Part shown: positions 39,834 through 50,819 of the stretch, piece by piece
How the letters are laid out: the number at the start of each line of letters is the position of its first letter
How positions within the stretch are numbered: position 1 is the stretch's first letter
Origin: Burkholderiales bacterium
GTDB lineage: Bacteria; Pseudomonadota; Gammaproteobacteria; Burkholderiales; Burkholderiaceae_C
NCBI GenBank assembly: GCA_038327405.1
Contig: JBBQKZ010000003.1
Location: 102 to 64,101 of the forward strand
Direction of reading: 5' to 3'
Length of the DNA stretch: 64,000 bases
Program-made: the position numbers and the translations under genes
The notes under the pieces: model-generated
Database searches by the model: none
Told to the model about the DNA's origin: nothing
What the model saw: only the letters and a program-made list of their open reading frames with translations

Positions 39834-42239
39834 TCAGGTGAATCCGATGCCTCGGGCTTCGCGCACCTCGGGCTTGATCCGGTGCTCGGCTTCCAGCTGG
39901 GCGATGAATTCCCCGGGCTCCAGCGACTCGGCAAGGATCTCAACCTGCCGCTTCACCGCCGCAAAGTCGCCCGGGCACAGCTGGTCGAGTCTGGCCAGGC
40001 GCTCCGCATGCGCCGAGTCCAGGCGGGTGGCGTCACCCGCTAGGGCCTCCACCACGAACATGGTTTCCCGCTGCTCGGCGGTGAGCGGTTTGAAGCGGAT
40101 CTTGAAGGTGAAGCGCCGCAGTGCGGCCTGGTCGATGCTGTCCATCAGGTTGGTGGTGCAGATGAAGATGCCGGCGAAGCGCTCCATGCCCTGCAACATC
40201 TCGTTGACCTCGGTCACCTCGTAGGTGCGCTGCGCGCCACGGCGGTCCTGCAGAAAGCTGTCGGCCTCGTCGAGCAAGAGCACGGCTTTCTCGGCCTCGG
40301 CCTCGCGGAACATGGCCGCCATCTGCTGCTCGGTCTCGCCCACGAACTTGCTCACCAGATCGCTGGCCCGGCGGATCATCAGGGGGCGCTCCAGCTGTTG
40401 CGCCAGGTGCTCGGCCAACGCGGTCTTGCCGGTGCCGGGAGCTCCATGGAAACACAGGCAGCCGTGGCCGCGCGCCTTGAGTGCGGCGATCACACGCGGC
40501 AGCTCGTAGCGCGACTCAACATTGAGCATGTCCAGGCTGTACTGCGTGACACTGGGGCGCTGCACCAGGTCGGGCTTGCGGCCCAGGGCCAGGTCGGCGT
40601 TCTTCAGCTGCCGTTCAATCAACTCGTCCAGCACCGGCGCGGGAGCGCCGCGTGCCTTGGCACTGCGGCGTGCCGCGGGTTTGACCGGGCTGGCGGCCAG
40701 CTCGGCAAAGCGCAGCGCCGTGCGGATCTGTGCGGGCGTGAGCCCCTTGCGTTCAGTCAGCCGCGCCACCAGTGCGTCGGACACGGGTGCGCCCTCCAGC
40801 GTCTTGCGCACCAGTTGTTCGCGCGCACCAGGTGGCGGGCTTTTGAGTTCAAGGTGGTAGGCGAAGCGGCGACGAAACGCCGGGTCGATTTGCTCGATGC
40901 GGTTGGTCACCCAGATCGTGGGAACGGCATTGGTCTCCAGAATCTGATTGACCCAGGCCTTGCCGCTCACGCTGCCCGTGTGCGAAGCCGCCACGTGCTC
41001 GGCGCGCGCCATGATCTGAGCGGCCTCGCTGGAAATCGGCGGAAACACGTCTTCCACCTCGTCGAACAACAGGGCCGAGTGCGCCGTGCCTTTGAGAAAC
41101 ACCTGCGCAATCTGCAGCGAGCGGTAGCGGTCGCGGCCCGACAGCGCGTTGCCGTCACGGTCGGCGTACTCCACCTCGAACAGTTCCAGGCCAGCGGCCT
41201 GCGCCACCACGCGCGCCAGTTCGGTCTTGCCGGTGCCGGGCGGGCCGTACATGAGCACGTTCACGCCTGGTTCCTTGCGCGCCACGGCTTCGCGAAGCAG
41301 ACCGCAGAGCAGGCGCACGTCTTCGCCGACGTAATCAAAATCCTTGGGCGAGAGCGCCGAACGCGCGGCCGGGCGCGTAAACACGGCCATGAGTTCACTC
41401 TGCGTGCGGTACTCGCGCATGAGCACCGGTGGCAGCTTTTCGCTGACCTTCATGAGGTCGGCCAGGTCTGTGATGTTGTGCTCGGAGATCAGGTTCTCGA
41501 CCATGCCGATGCGTTCGAGCCGCGAGCCCGCGCGCAGCGCCTCGCCCACCTCGCTGGCTTTCACGCCGGCCACGTCGGCGATGGCCGCGTAGGCCTCAGG
41601 CGCGTTGTTCACCTTGAACTCCACCAGGATGGAGCGCAGGTCGCGCTGGTAGCGAGCGAGCGTGCCGTAGAGCAACAGCGCGCGCTCGGCGCGGTTGAGC
41701 TGCAGCAGGCCGGCCAGGGCGTCGATGTTTTTCTCCACCAGCGTGGACTGCTTCTTCAGCGCATGGCTGAGCCATTCGCCGGTGACGGCCAGCACCGACA
41801 GAAGGTCTTTCGGCGACTCCTTGGCGTACTCATCAAGATAGAAGAACAGCGTGCCTTCTTCATAGGGTCCGCGCCACACGCCGTAGCGTTCCATGAAGGC
41901 GGGCGTGGGCAGTTTGTCGTGCCCGCTCCAGAGCTCGTTGTCCTTGCAGCGGCGTTCGAGAAACTCGCGCAGGCGCGACAACACGGTGAGCGGCCACACG
42001 AGATGACGGCCGGCGAGGGAGAGCAAGGTGTTGAGGTCGCGGCGCACGTTGAAGCGCGGGCCCTGGCGCGCGGCCAGCGTGAGCACGAAGTGCGAGCACA
42101 TGAGGTCAAGCACCGGCGCCTGGCGCAAGCCGTGCGGGACGAACACGCGGCCCTCCCCCACGAAGGGAGTACGGCCCTCGCGTGGATCGGACAGGGTGCG
42201 GCCCGCAGTGATTGCGGGCTGCACGGAACGCTTGATCAT
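39834..42239 (-). CDS. AAA-family ATPase with two AAA modules
   Basis: GPPGTGKT + LLFDE + IDPAFRRRF, then GAPGTGKT + LLLDEAD + IDQAALRRF; start uncertain. Confidence 0.88.
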   Translation of the reverse strand: MIKRSVQPAITAGRTLSDPREGRTPFVGEGRVFVPHGLRQAPVLDLMCSHFVLTLAARQGPRFNVRRDLNTLLSLAGRHLVWPLTVLSRLREFLERRCKDNELWSGHDKLPTPAFMERYGVWRGPYEEGTLFFYLDEYAKESPKDLLSVLAVTGEWLSHALKKQSTLVEKNIDALAGLLQLNRAERALLLYGTLARYQRDLRSILVEFKVNNAPEAYAAIADVAGVKASEVGEALRAGSRLERIGMVENLISEHNITDLADLMKVSEKLPPVLMREYRTQSELMAVFTRPAARSALSPKDFDYVGEDVRLLCGLLREAVARKEPGVNVLMYGPPGTGKTELARVVAQAAGLELFEVEYADRDGNALSGRDRYRSLQIAQVFLKGTAHSALLFDEVEDVFPPISSEAAQIMARAEHVAASHTGSVSGKAWVNQILETNAVPTIWVTNRIEQIDPAFRRRFAYHLELKSPPPGAREQLVRKTLEGAPVSDALVARLTERKGLTPAQIRTALRFAELAASPVKPAARRSAKARGAPAPVLDELIERQLKNADLALGRKPDLVQRPSVTQYSLDMLNVESRYELPRVIAALKARGHGCLCFHGAPGTGKTALAEHLAQQLERPLMIRRASDLVSKFVGETEQQMAAMFREAEAEKAVLLLDEADSFLQDRRGAQRTYEVTEVNEMLQGMERFAGIFICTTNLMDSIDQAALRRFTFKIRFKPLTAEQRETMFVVEALAGDATRLDSAHAERLARLDQLCPGDFAAVKRQVEILAESLEPGEFIAQLEAEHRIKPEVREARGIGFT

Positions 42240-42409
42240 CCAGACACCTCCAGAACAGACTTCCAGTGACGCCGTGCCGGGACATCCGGCATTCAAATGG
42301 ACCATAACCCAGCTTGATGAATCATGGAAGTGAGTGATGAACCGGGTTTGTGGGTTTTGTCCGGCTTTAGGCAGGCTCGTCGGGAGCCCCGCCGGTTCAC
42401 AATCGCGCG

Positions 42410-43609
42410 ATGCTCGAGCTCAAAGACATTCAAGCCGCTGCGGCCCGCCTGGCCGGTCAGGTGCTGGACACGCCCTTCGTCGAATCGCGGACCATCTCGC
42501 AGCTCACTGGCTGCCAGGTGTTCCTGAAGTTCGAGAACCTGCAGTACACCGCTTCGTTCAAGGAGCGCGGCGCCTGCAACAAGCTGGCCCAGCTGAGCGC
42601 GGAGGAACGCGCGCGCGGCGTGGTCGCCATGAGCGCAGGCAACCACGCGCAAGGTGTGGCCTACCACGCCGAACGGCTGGGGCTGCGCGCGGTGATCGTC
42701 ATGCCACGCTTCACACCCGGCGTGAAGGTGGAGCGCACGCGCGGCTTTGGTGCCGAGGTGGTGCTGCATGGCGACACGCTGGATGAATCGCGCGCTCATG
42801 CGCGCGAACTCGCTGCCCTCGAGGGTCTGGTGTTCGTGCACCCTTACGACGACGAAGACATCGTGGCCGGCCAGGGCACGGTGGCACTCGAAATGCTGCG
42901 CGAGCAACCCGACCTGGACACCCTGGTGGTGGCCATCGGTGGTGGCGGCCTGATCGCCGGCATGGCCACCGCCGCCAAAGCGATCCGCCCGGACATCGAG
43001 ATCATCGGCGTGCAGACCGAGCGTTTTCCCGCCATGTTCAACGCCGTGAAGGGCACGCACCTGCCGCAAGGCACGAGCACCATCGCCGAAGGCATTGCCG
43101 TGGGCACGCCGGGCGTGATCACCGAGGCCATCGTGCGCCAGAAAGTGGACGACGTGCTGCTGGTGGATGAGGGCGACATCGAGCAGGCCATCGTGATGCT
43201 GCTGGAGATCGAGAAGACGCTGGTGGAAGGGGCGGGTGCCGCCGGCCTGGCCGCGCTCATCAAGCACCCCGCGCGTTTTGCCGGAAAACGTGTAGGCCTG
43301 GTGCTGTGTGGCGGCAACATCGACCCGCTGCTGCTGGCTTCCATCATCGAGCGCGGCATGGTTCGGGCCGGGCGGTTGGCGCGTATCCAGGTGAATGCGC
43401 GTGACGTGCCGGGCAATCTGGCGCGCATCACCGCCACCGTGGCCGACGCGGGCGCCAACATCGACGAGGTGCACCACCAGCGCGCCTTCACGCTGCTGGC
43501 GGCGCAGAACGTGGCGATCGAACTGGTGTTGCAGACGCGCGGGCGCGAGCACATCGCCCAGGTGATCCAGCGTCTGCAACAAGCGGGTTTCGACACGGCG
43601 CTGCTCTGA
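42410..43609 (+). CDS. ilvA: Threonine ammonia-lyase with C-terminal ACT domain
   Basis: PLP motif SFKERG, SAGNHAQG, GGGGL, CGGNID, ACT domain (DVPGNLA). Confidence 0.92.
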   Translation: MLELKDIQAAAARLAGQVLDTPFVESRTISQLTGCQVFLKFENLQYTASFKERGACNKLAQLSAEERARGVVAMSAGNHAQGVAYHAERLGLRAVIVMPRFTPGVKVERTRGFGAEVVLHGDTLDESRAHARELAALEGLVFVHPYDDEDIVAGQGTVALEMLREQPDLDTLVVAIGGGGLIAGMATAAKAIRPDIEIIGVQTERFPAMFNAVKGTHLPQGTSTIAEGIAVGTPGVITEAIVRQKVDDVLLVDEGDIEQAIVMLLEIEKTLVEGAGAAGLAALIKHPARFAGKRVGLVLCGGNIDPLLLASIIERGMVRAGRLARIQVNARDVPGNLARITATVADAGANIDEVHHQRAFTLLAAQNVAIELVLQTRGREHIAQVIQRLQQAGFDTALL

Positions 43610-43691
43610 ACTGCGGTGGCGACCACGGTTGACGCTGCTGGCCGCGCTCTGCATCATGGTCCGGTCCTGAAACACCAACCGGAGGAACGCC

Positions 43692-45152
43692 ATGAACACC
43701 AACGCCTTGTGGGATTCGTTGCAAAACAACCTGGGCACTCACATTCCCCAGTTGCTCGGGGCTCTGGCCATTTTCATTCTGGGCTGGCTGATCGCGGTCC
43801 TGGTGCGGGCGGCCACGCGCAAGAGCCTGGGCTTCATCGGGGTCAACCACCGCTTCGGCAAACTCACCGGCACCGGGGTGGACATCGAGGGCGCGGTGGC
43901 GCTCGGCCTGTTCTGGGTGGTGATCCTGCTGACGCTGGTGGCGGTGTTCAATTCACTGAACCTGGCCATCGTCTCCGGCCCGTTCTCGGCGTTCACCACA
44001 CAGCTGTTTGAATACGCCCCGCGCCTGCTGGGCGGCCTTGTGCTGGCGCTGGTGGGCTGGCTGGTGGCCAGCGTGGTGCGCGCCGTCACACAGAAGCTGC
44101 TCGACAAGACCACACTGGACGAAAAGCTCTCGGAGCACGCCGACATGGCGCCCATCAGCGAAGGACTTGCCGGGGCCCTGTTCTGGCTGGTGATCCTGCT
44201 GTTTGTACCGGCCATCCTGGGCGCCCTGCAGCTCGAAGGTCTGCTCGACCCGCTGCGCAGCATGGTGACCAAAACCCTGGACATGTTGCCCAATGCGGTG
44301 GCCGCCATCGTGATCGGCGGTGTGGGGTGGATCGTGGCGACCGTGTTGCGCAAACTCACCACACACCTCAGCCGCACGGCGGGCATCGACCGCCTGGGAA
44401 ATCGCGCGGGCCTGGCCGAGACGGTGCAGCTCTCCAGCGTGATCGGCATGCTGGTCTTCATCGCCGTGTTCCTGCCCTCGCTCATCGCCGCGCTCGACGC
44501 CTTGAAGATCGAGGCCATCTCGCGACCAGCCACCGACATGCTGTCCAGCCTGATGCAGGCCGTGCCCAACATCGTGGCCGCCGGTCTGATCCTGGTGGTC
44601 ACCTGGCTGGTGGCCAGTTTTGCCAGCCAGTTGCTGAGCAGCCTGCTGGTCGCCCTGGGCTTCGACACCCTGCCCGCGCGCGTGCAGCTCGCCCACGCCT
44701 TCGAAAACACCAGCGCCTCGCGCATGGTCGGGCGGGTGGTCTTGTTTTTCGCCATGTTGTTCGCCACCGTGGAAGCAGCGGCCCAACTGGGTTTCCACCA
44801 GGTCAGCGACATCGTGGCCAGCTTCATCCGCTTTGGTGGCGACATCCTGCTGGGTTCGGCCATCCTGGTGATCGGCTTCTGGCTCGCCAACGTGGCCCAT
44901 GACGCCATCGACCGCGCCAGCGGGGCACGCACCCAGGGGCTGGCGCGCTTCGGGCGCTACGCCATCCTGGCGCTGGTGATCGCCATGGGCCTGCGCGCCA
45001 TGGGCATCGCCGACGACATCGTCAACCTGGCCTTCGGTCTCACGCTGGGCGCGGTGGCGGTGGCCTTTGCGCTGTCGTTCGGCCTGGGCGGGCGCGAGGC
45101 CGCCGGCAAACTCATGGACCATTGGCTCACCCGTTTGCGCAAAGAGGACTGA
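43692..45152 (+). CDS. Mechanosensitive-channel-related TM-helix repeat protein (CmpX-like)
   Basis: Repeated hydrophobic units; C-terminal FGLGGREAA motif. Confidence 0.8.
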   Translation: MNTNALWDSLQNNLGTHIPQLLGALAIFILGWLIAVLVRAATRKSLGFIGVNHRFGKLTGTGVDIEGAVALGLFWVVILLTLVAVFNSLNLAIVSGPFSAFTTQLFEYAPRLLGGLVLALVGWLVASVVRAVTQKLLDKTTLDEKLSEHADMAPISEGLAGALFWLVILLFVPAILGALQLEGLLDPLRSMVTKTLDMLPNAVAAIVIGGVGWIVATVLRKLTTHLSRTAGIDRLGNRAGLAETVQLSSVIGMLVFIAVFLPSLIAALDALKIEAISRPATDMLSSLMQAVPNIVAAGLILVVTWLVASFASQLLSSLLVALGFDTLPARVQLAHAFENTSASRMVGRVVLFFAMLFATVEAAAQLGFHQVSDIVASFIRFGGDILLGSAILVIGFWLANVAHDAIDRASGARTQGLARFGRYAILALVIAMGLRAMGIADDIVNLAFGLTLGAVAVAFALSFGLGGREAAGKLMDHWLTRLRKED

Positions 45153-45581
45153 ATGACGCAGAACCCACCCACCCCTGTTTCGGTTGAATCGCTGCAAGGC
45201 CTGCTTTCGGCCTGGTTTGCGCCCTGGGTCCAGGCGCTGGACCTGCGGGTCGAGTCGTTTGCCGACGGTGAAGTCACGCTCTGCCTGCCGCAGAGCGACC
45301 AGCTCTCCCGCGTGGGCGGCATGCTGTGCGGCCAGGCCATGATGTCGTCGGCCGACACCGCCATGGTGCTGGCCATCGTCACCCAACTCGGCGATCAGCG
45401 CCCCATGACGACGGTGCAGCTCAACACCAGCTTTCTCAAGCCGCTCTCGGGCCAGGATGCCCGCGTCACCGCACGGGTGATCCGCGCCGGCAAGAACCTG
45501 GTGTTCGGCGAGATCGACATCACCGGCGCCAACGACGGCCGCAGCGTGTGCCGCGCCAGCACCACGTACGCCTTGCTGTGA
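45153..45581 (+). CDS. PaaI-family thioesterase (hot-dog fold)
   Basis: GMLCGQAMMSSADTAM, TVQLNTSFLKP, RAGKNLVFGE. Confidence 0.88.
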   Translation: MTQNPPTPVSVESLQGLLSAWFAPWVQALDLRVESFADGEVTLCLPQSDQLSRVGGMLCGQAMMSSADTAMVLAIVTQLGDQRPMTTVQLNTSFLKPLSGQDARVTARVIRAGKNLVFGEIDITGANDGRSVCRASTTYALL

Positions 45582-45634
45582 GGGGTCTGCCTTAAAATCA
45601 CCGGAGTTTTTTGAACCACCCAGCGGAAAGCAAC

Positions 45635-45778
45635 ATGTCCCAGCCCGATCACCACACCCCCAACGACCAGCCTCAAGACGTGGTCGAGTCCATTGTTCCC
45701 CTCATGCCGGTCGTTTTGCCAGTAGCTGGCGCTGTGCTGATGTTCCTGCTGGCTTTCATCGCAGTCTTCATGGCTTGA
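45635..45778 (+). CDS. Small single-pass membrane protein (47 aa), absent from the ORF track
   Basis: Manual translation MSQPDHHTPNDQPQDVVESIVPLMPVVLPVAGAVLMFLLAFIAVFMA*, purine-rich GGAAAG upstream, hairpin downstream. Confidence 0.7.
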   Translation: MSQPDHHTPNDQPQDVVESIVPLMPVVLPVAGAVLMFLLAFIAVFMA

Positions 45779-46146
45779 GGCTTTCGCTCCCGGCCCGACG
45801 GCCGAACGTCCCCCGGGGCGTTCGGCCGTTCTGTTGTGGAGCCCGGCTTGGCCTTGCGTCACCGTTCAATGCATCACGTTATGCGGGTTTTGCATGTAAC
45901 CGGCTCGTAACCCGGCGCCCGGTTTCATAAAATCGGCACCAAGGACGACACACGGACCGAGCCGCGGGCACACCAACCCGCCCCTTGTCCCTTTTGCTGA
46001 CCAGCGCCAACCGCTGACCAGCCACCCGCGCCGACCACCCCTTTCAAGCACAAGGGACCCCTGACAGCCGCCCTGCTGCATGCTCTGCAGCCCGCGGCTG
46101 TCGGCGTCTCTGGTGCGCACCGGTTATCAACTTCAGGAGCCTTTCC

Positions 46147-48003
46147 ATGAACTCTCCCGTGATGCAGGGACTGACCCTCAACACCCCGTCCTATGTGAAA
46201 AATGCCCGGCTGATCGCCTGGGTGGCCGACATGGCCGCCCTGTGCAAGCCCGAGACGGTGGTGTGGTGTGATGGCAGCGACGAGGAATACGCGCGCCTGT
46301 GCGAAGAGCTGGTGAGCGCCGGCACGATGAAGCGGCTCAACCCGGTGAAGCGACCGAACAGCTTCCTGGCCTGCTCCGACCCCTCGGACGTGGCCCGCGT
46401 GGAAGACCGCACCTTCATCTGCTCGGAGAAGCAGGCAGACGCCGGCCCGACCAACAACTGGAAAGCCCCGGCCGAGATGCGCGCCACCCTGCAGCCGTTG
46501 TTCGACGGCTGCATGCGCGGTCGCACCATGTATGTGGTGCCGTTCAGCATGGGCCCGCTGGGCAGCCCCATTGCCCACATCGGCATCGAGCTCTCCGACA
46601 GCGCCTACGTGGCCGTCAACATGAAGCTCATGATCCGCATGGGCAAGGCCGTGTTCGAGGTGCTCGGCACCGACGGTGAGTTCGTGCCCTGCGTGCACAC
46701 CGTGGGCGCACCGCTGGCCGCTGGCCAAACCGACCTGACCGGCTGGCCTTGCAACCCCACCACCAAGTACATCGTCCACTACCCCGAGACCCGCGAAATC
46801 TGGAGCTACGGCTCGGGCTACGGAGGCAACGCACTGCTGGGCAAAAAGTGTTTTGCGCTGCGTATCGCCTCCACCATGGGCAAGCAGCAAGGCTGGCTGG
46901 CCGAGCACATGCTCATCCTGGGCGTGACCAACCCCGAAGGCAAGAAGTACCACGTGGCCGCCGCTTTCCCCAGCGCCTGTGGCAAGACCAACTTCGCCAT
47001 GTTGATCCCACCCAAAGGCTTCGAGGGCTGGAAGGTCACCACCATCGGTGACGACATCGCCTGGATCAAGCCGCACGCCGACGGCCGCCTCTACGCGATC
47101 AACCCCGAAGCGGGCTATTTCGGCGTGGCGCCGGGCACCAACACCCTGACCAACCCGAACTGCATGGCCAGCCTGGACCGCGACGTGATCTTCACCAACG
47201 TGGCCCTGACCGACGACGGCGACGTTTGGTGGGAGGGCATGAGCGACGCACCAGCCCACGCCATCGACTGGCAAGGACGGGACTGGACGCCACAGATCGG
47301 CAAGGAGACCGGCGCCAAGGCCGCCCACCCCAACGCCCGGTTCACGGTGGCTGCCACCAACAACCCCGCACTCGACCCGGCGTGGGACGACCCATCCGGC
47401 GTTCCCATCGACGCCTTCATTTTCGGCGGCCGCCGCTCCACCACCGTGCCTCTGGTGACCGAAGCCCGCAACTGGACCGAAGGCGTGTACATGGCCGCCA
47501 CCATGGGCTCGGAAACCACCGCCGCCGCCTTTGGTGCGCAGGGCGTGGTTCGACGCGACCCCTTCGCCATGCTGCCTTTCACCGGCTACAACATGAGCGA
47601 CTACTTCCAGCACTGGCTGGACATGGGTGCGAAGCTGCAGGGCCAAGGCGCGAAGTTGCCGGGCATCTTCTGCGTCAACTGGTTTCGCAAGGACGAGGCC
47701 GGCAAGTTCGTCTGGCCCGGTTTCGGCGAAAACATGCGCGTGCTGAAGTGGATGATCGACCGGCTGGAAGGTCGCGGTCAGGGCACCGAACATGCCTTCG
47801 GTGTCAGCCCCCGGTATGAAGACATCCACTGGGACGGCCTGAACTTCTCGGCCGATCAATACAAGACCGTCACCCACATCGACCGGGCCGCCTGGACACA
47901 GGAACTCGCCCTGCACAGCGAGCTGTTCACCCAGCTGGCCCACCATTTGCCGCGGGAACTCGAGGAGACAAAAGCCAACATCGAGAAGCGCCTGGCCGCC
48001 TGA
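46147..48003 (+). CDS. pckG: Phosphoenolpyruvate carboxykinase (GTP)
   Basis: [62 protein letters not shown]. Confidence 0.96.
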   Translation: MNSPVMQGLTLNTPSYVKNARLIAWVADMAALCKPETVVWCDGSDEEYARLCEELVSAGTMKRLNPVKRPNSFLACSDPSDVARVEDRTFICSEKQADAGPTNNWKAPAEMRATLQPLFDGCMRGRTMYVVPFSMGPLGSPIAHIGIELSDSAYVAVNMKLMIRMGKAVFEVLGTDGEFVPCVHTVGAPLAAGQTDLTGWPCNPTTKYIVHYPETREIWSYGSGYGGNALLGKKCFALRIASTMGKQQGWLAEHMLILGVTNPEGKKYHVAAAFPSACGKTNFAMLIPPKGFEGWKVTTIGDDIAWIKPHADGRLYAINPEAGYFGVAPGTNTLTNPNCMASLDRDVIFTNVALTDDGDVWWEGMSDAPAHAIDWQGRDWTPQIGKETGAKAAHPNARFTVAATNNPALDPAWDDPSGVPIDAFIFGGRRSTTVPLVTEARNWTEGVYMAATMGSETTAAAFGAQGVVRRDPFAMLPFTGYNMSDYFQHWLDMGAKLQGQGAKLPGIFCVNWFRKDEAGKFVWPGFGENMRVLKWMIDRLEGRGQGTEHAFGVSPRYEDIHWDGLNFSADQYKTVTHIDRAAWTQELALHSELFTQLAHHLPRELEETKANIEKRLAA

Positions 48004-48080
48004 GGCCATAGGCCCCCGACACGGTCAGTGGCACGATCTGCCAACGACCGTTGCGCCTCAGGGTCAAGAAGCCCGGGCGA

Positions 48081-48109
48081 AAAAAAGCCACCGGACCCGG
48101 TGGCTTTTT
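48081..48109. terminator. Bidirectional rho-independent terminator
   Basis: AAAAAAGCCACCGG-AC-CCGGTGGCTTTTTT between convergent genes. Confidence 0.85.
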
Positions 48110-48137
48110 TGCTTCTGCCCCCTGCTGGTGGCGGTGA

Positions 48138-48683
48138 TCAGAGGTAGTGGTTGTGCATGTGGCGAGCAGCGCGGGCCTGACCCAGCCGCTCCCAATAGGA
48201 GGCGCTCACCAAGGCTGCGGGCTCAGCACTGACCGGCAGACCGAGCGGGGCCAGCGCGGCATCGAACGTGCTGGCAGGCTCGTCACGCTCGGCGTGGGTG
48301 CGGGCCAGCGTCAGCTCGCTCATGAGGCGGGGGTCGTGGCGGGCCATTTCCCACAGCCGCGTTTCTGCGCGGGCTTCCGCCAGCGATCGCGACCAGCTGT
48401 CCAGCACCACGGTGCCCCGGCGGGCCAGACGGCGGGCCGAATCCGCAAACAAGGCCAGTCCGGCAAACACCACCACCCACAGAAACACCCATGCCAGCAG
48501 CAGGTGCCCGTCGGCCCAGGTGCTGACCACGCGGTCGGCCAGGATGACCATGGCCGCAACCACGGCCGCCAACAAAAGCGCGGCGAGACCGCGCGAGCCG
48601 TCGGGGCTGCGCAGTGGGCGGCTGGGGGAAGGGGCGCGGCTCAGACCGACAGAAATCGAGGGGTTGGATGCGATGCTGCTCAT
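48138..48683 (-). CDS. Hypothetical two-TM membrane protein
   Basis: LLLAAVVAAMVILAD..WADGHLLLAWVFLWVVVFAGLALF; ATG 48683; divergent from a LysR gene. Confidence 0.7.
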   Translation of the reverse strand: MSSIASNPSISVGLSRAPSPSRPLRSPDGSRGLAALLLAAVVAAMVILADRVVSTWADGHLLLAWVFLWVVVFAGLALFADSARRLARRGTVVLDSWSRSLAEARAETRLWEMARHDPRLMSELTLARTHAERDEPASTFDAALAPLGLPVSAEPAALVSASYWERLGQARAARHMHNHYL

Positions 48684-48785
48684 GGCGGGCTCCTGAAGGT
48701 GACGAATGTCTTTTGGACAACGCAATACTAGGGTTAACCCGCATCTATTGCCAATTTATCTTTGTGATGTCTTACATTCACAGGG

Positions 48786-49805
48786 GTGATAAATGCCCTG
48801 AACTTCCGCACCCTCGATCTCAACCTGCTCAGGGTGTTCGACGAGGTGATGACCGAGCGCAACCTCACCCGCGCCGCCCACAACCTCGCCATGACGCAGC
48901 CTGCGGTGAGCAACGCCCTGCGTCGACTGCGTGAAGTCGTGGGTGACGATCTGGTGCGGCGTTCGGGCTATGGAGTGGAACCCACGCCGCTGGCGCTGAG
49001 CCTCTGGCCTTCCGTGCGCGATGCCCTGCAGCTGTTGCGCGATTCGCTGGCCCCGGGGACCTTCGATCCACTCAGTGCCCACAACGCGTTTGTGCTGGGC
49101 ATGGCCGACGCCACGGCGGCCAAGCTGGTTCCCGGCCTGATCGACATTTTCGAAGCCGAAGCGCCCGGCGTGAACCTGCGCATCGTGCCCCTGACCACAC
49201 GCGACCCGCGCGATCTGCTGGAAGACGGTTCGGCCGATCTGGCGATCGGGCACTTTCCGGGCGTGCTGGCCGAACTCGGTGCCCTGCACCTGCAGGAGAA
49301 CAATCCGCAGTTCCTGCACCAGCGCCTGTACGACGGTGAATACGTGGTAGTGATGCGCAAGGGCCACCCACTGGCAGGGCAGCCCTTGAGCCTGGACGCG
49401 TACTGCGAAGCGCGCCACCTGCTGGTGAGTTTTTCGGGGCGCCCGTTCGGGTTCGTGGACGAGTCGCTGGCCGCGTTGTCGAGGCAGCGGCGCGTGGTAC
49501 TCACCGTCAACCAGTTCTTCACGGCCGGTCGTGTGGTGGCCACCACCGATTTGCTGACCGTGCTCCCCCGCCACTTCGTGGGCGCCACCGGCATGGAACA
49601 CGAACTCGCACTGCTCGACCTGCCGCTGCCGGTGCCGGCCGTGCACGTGGATGCGCTCTGGCACCGCCAGGCCACCCACAACAGCGGCCATCGCTGGTTG
49701 CGCGAGGCGGTTGAGCGGGCTTCAGCGGTCGGCTTTCGCAGCGCCGAAGGCACGTCGCCCAAGGCGTCGCCACGGCGGTCGGGCCAACCCGTCAAACCGG
49801 TTTGA
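48786..49805 (+). CDS. LysR-family regulator (NodD/LeuO/SyrM-like)
   Basis: LDLNLLRVFDEVMTERNLTRAAHNLAMTQPAVSNAL. Confidence 0.93.
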   Translation: MINALNFRTLDLNLLRVFDEVMTERNLTRAAHNLAMTQPAVSNALRRLREVVGDDLVRRSGYGVEPTPLALSLWPSVRDALQLLRDSLAPGTFDPLSAHNAFVLGMADATAAKLVPGLIDIFEAEAPGVNLRIVPLTTRDPRDLLEDGSADLAIGHFPGVLAELGALHLQENNPQFLHQRLYDGEYVVVMRKGHPLAGQPLSLDAYCEARHLLVSFSGRPFGFVDESLAALSRQRRVVLTVNQFFTAGRVVATTDLLTVLPRHFVGATGMEHELALLDLPLPVPAVHVDALWHRQATHNSGHRWLREAVERASAVGFRSAEGTSPKASPRRSGQPVKPV

Positions 49806-49827
49806 CGCGCTGGTCGACAATGAACAC

Positions 49828-50748
49828 ATGAAGATCCAACTGCTCAGCGACCTGCACCTGGAAGCCAATCCCGGGTTTGTCGCGCAGCCTGCGCCGCAGG
49901 CCGACCTGCTGGTGCTGGCTGGCGACATCGGCTCCTACCAGATGCGCCGCGACGGCAGCGTGATGAACGAACCCGACTGGGGCCTGCAGCGCTTTTCGCC
50001 GTTGCCGCAATACGCAGCCTGGCCCGTGCCGGTGGTGTTTGTGCCCGGCAACCACGAGTACGACGCACTGGATGTGGACGAAGCCCACGCCGAATTGCGC
50101 AGGGCGTGCGATCGGCTGGGTATTCAATGGCTGGAGCGCGAAAGCCTGCAAATGCAGGGTGTGCGGCTGATCGGCACCACCCTCTGGAGTGACTACGACG
50201 CGCTGGGCGAGCACGCGCCCGGGCCCACGCCCGCCCGGCACAGCCGGGCCGGGGCGGTTCAAAAACCCCGTGCGCCCGACCCCCTGACGCACCGCCTGCG
50301 CCAACGGGAAAAGGCGTTTCGCGCCGCCAACCACTACCTGCAGAAGATGGGCGGGCGTCGCCACGGTCGGCTGTTCGACGCCGAGTCGATGCGCGCCCTC
50401 GCGCTGGACTGCCAGGCCTGGCTGCGCCACGCGCTGGCCGAGCCGTTCGGTGGCCCCACGGTGGTCGTGACCCACTTCGCTCCGACACTGCACAGCATGG
50501 ACCCTCGTTATGGCATGAGCCCGGGCACAGCGGGCTTTTGCAACGGGCTGGACGCGTTGCTGCCGCTGGCCGATGTCTGGCTGCACGGCCATCTGCATTG
50601 CCCGACCGACGTGCAGGTGGGGCGTTGCCGCATCAAAGCCAATCCGCTGGGCTACCACGACAAGAACGAGCAGGCGTCCTTCATGCCCGAATGCTGCATC
50701 GAGGTGAACGTGGTGGAACTTGAACCCGTTCACCCGCAGCCTGTTTGA
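49828..50748 (+). CDS. Calcineurin-like metallophosphoesterase
   Basis: SDLHLE, LAGDI, PGNHE, VVTHFAP, WLHGHLH. Confidence 0.9.
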   Translation: MKIQLLSDLHLEANPGFVAQPAPQADLLVLAGDIGSYQMRRDGSVMNEPDWGLQRFSPLPQYAAWPVPVVFVPGNHEYDALDVDEAHAELRRACDRLGIQWLERESLQMQGVRLIGTTLWSDYDALGEHAPGPTPARHSRAGAVQKPRAPDPLTHRLRQREKAFRAANHYLQKMGGRRHGRLFDAESMRALALDCQAWLRHALAEPFGGPTVVVTHFAPTLHSMDPRYGMSPGTAGFCNGLDALLPLADVWLHGHLHCPTDVQVGRCRIKANPLGYHDKNEQASFMPECCIEVNVVELEPVHPQPV

Positions 50749-50819
50749 GCCAGCGCAAGTCAACGGTGCGCGATGCCCCTAAACTCGGCCGCATCCCAAC
50801 GCAACCCAAGGAGACCACC

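Noticed and set aside
39834-42239. Double-AAA ATPase as a defence-system component
   Set aside because: Host-like composition, core-gene neighbours (recQ, ilvA) and no adjacent effector or protease gene.
50210-50290. Pro/Ala-rich insert in the metallophosphoesterase as another coding REP
   Set aside because: Only a weak hairpin with no match to the three repeat families in this window.
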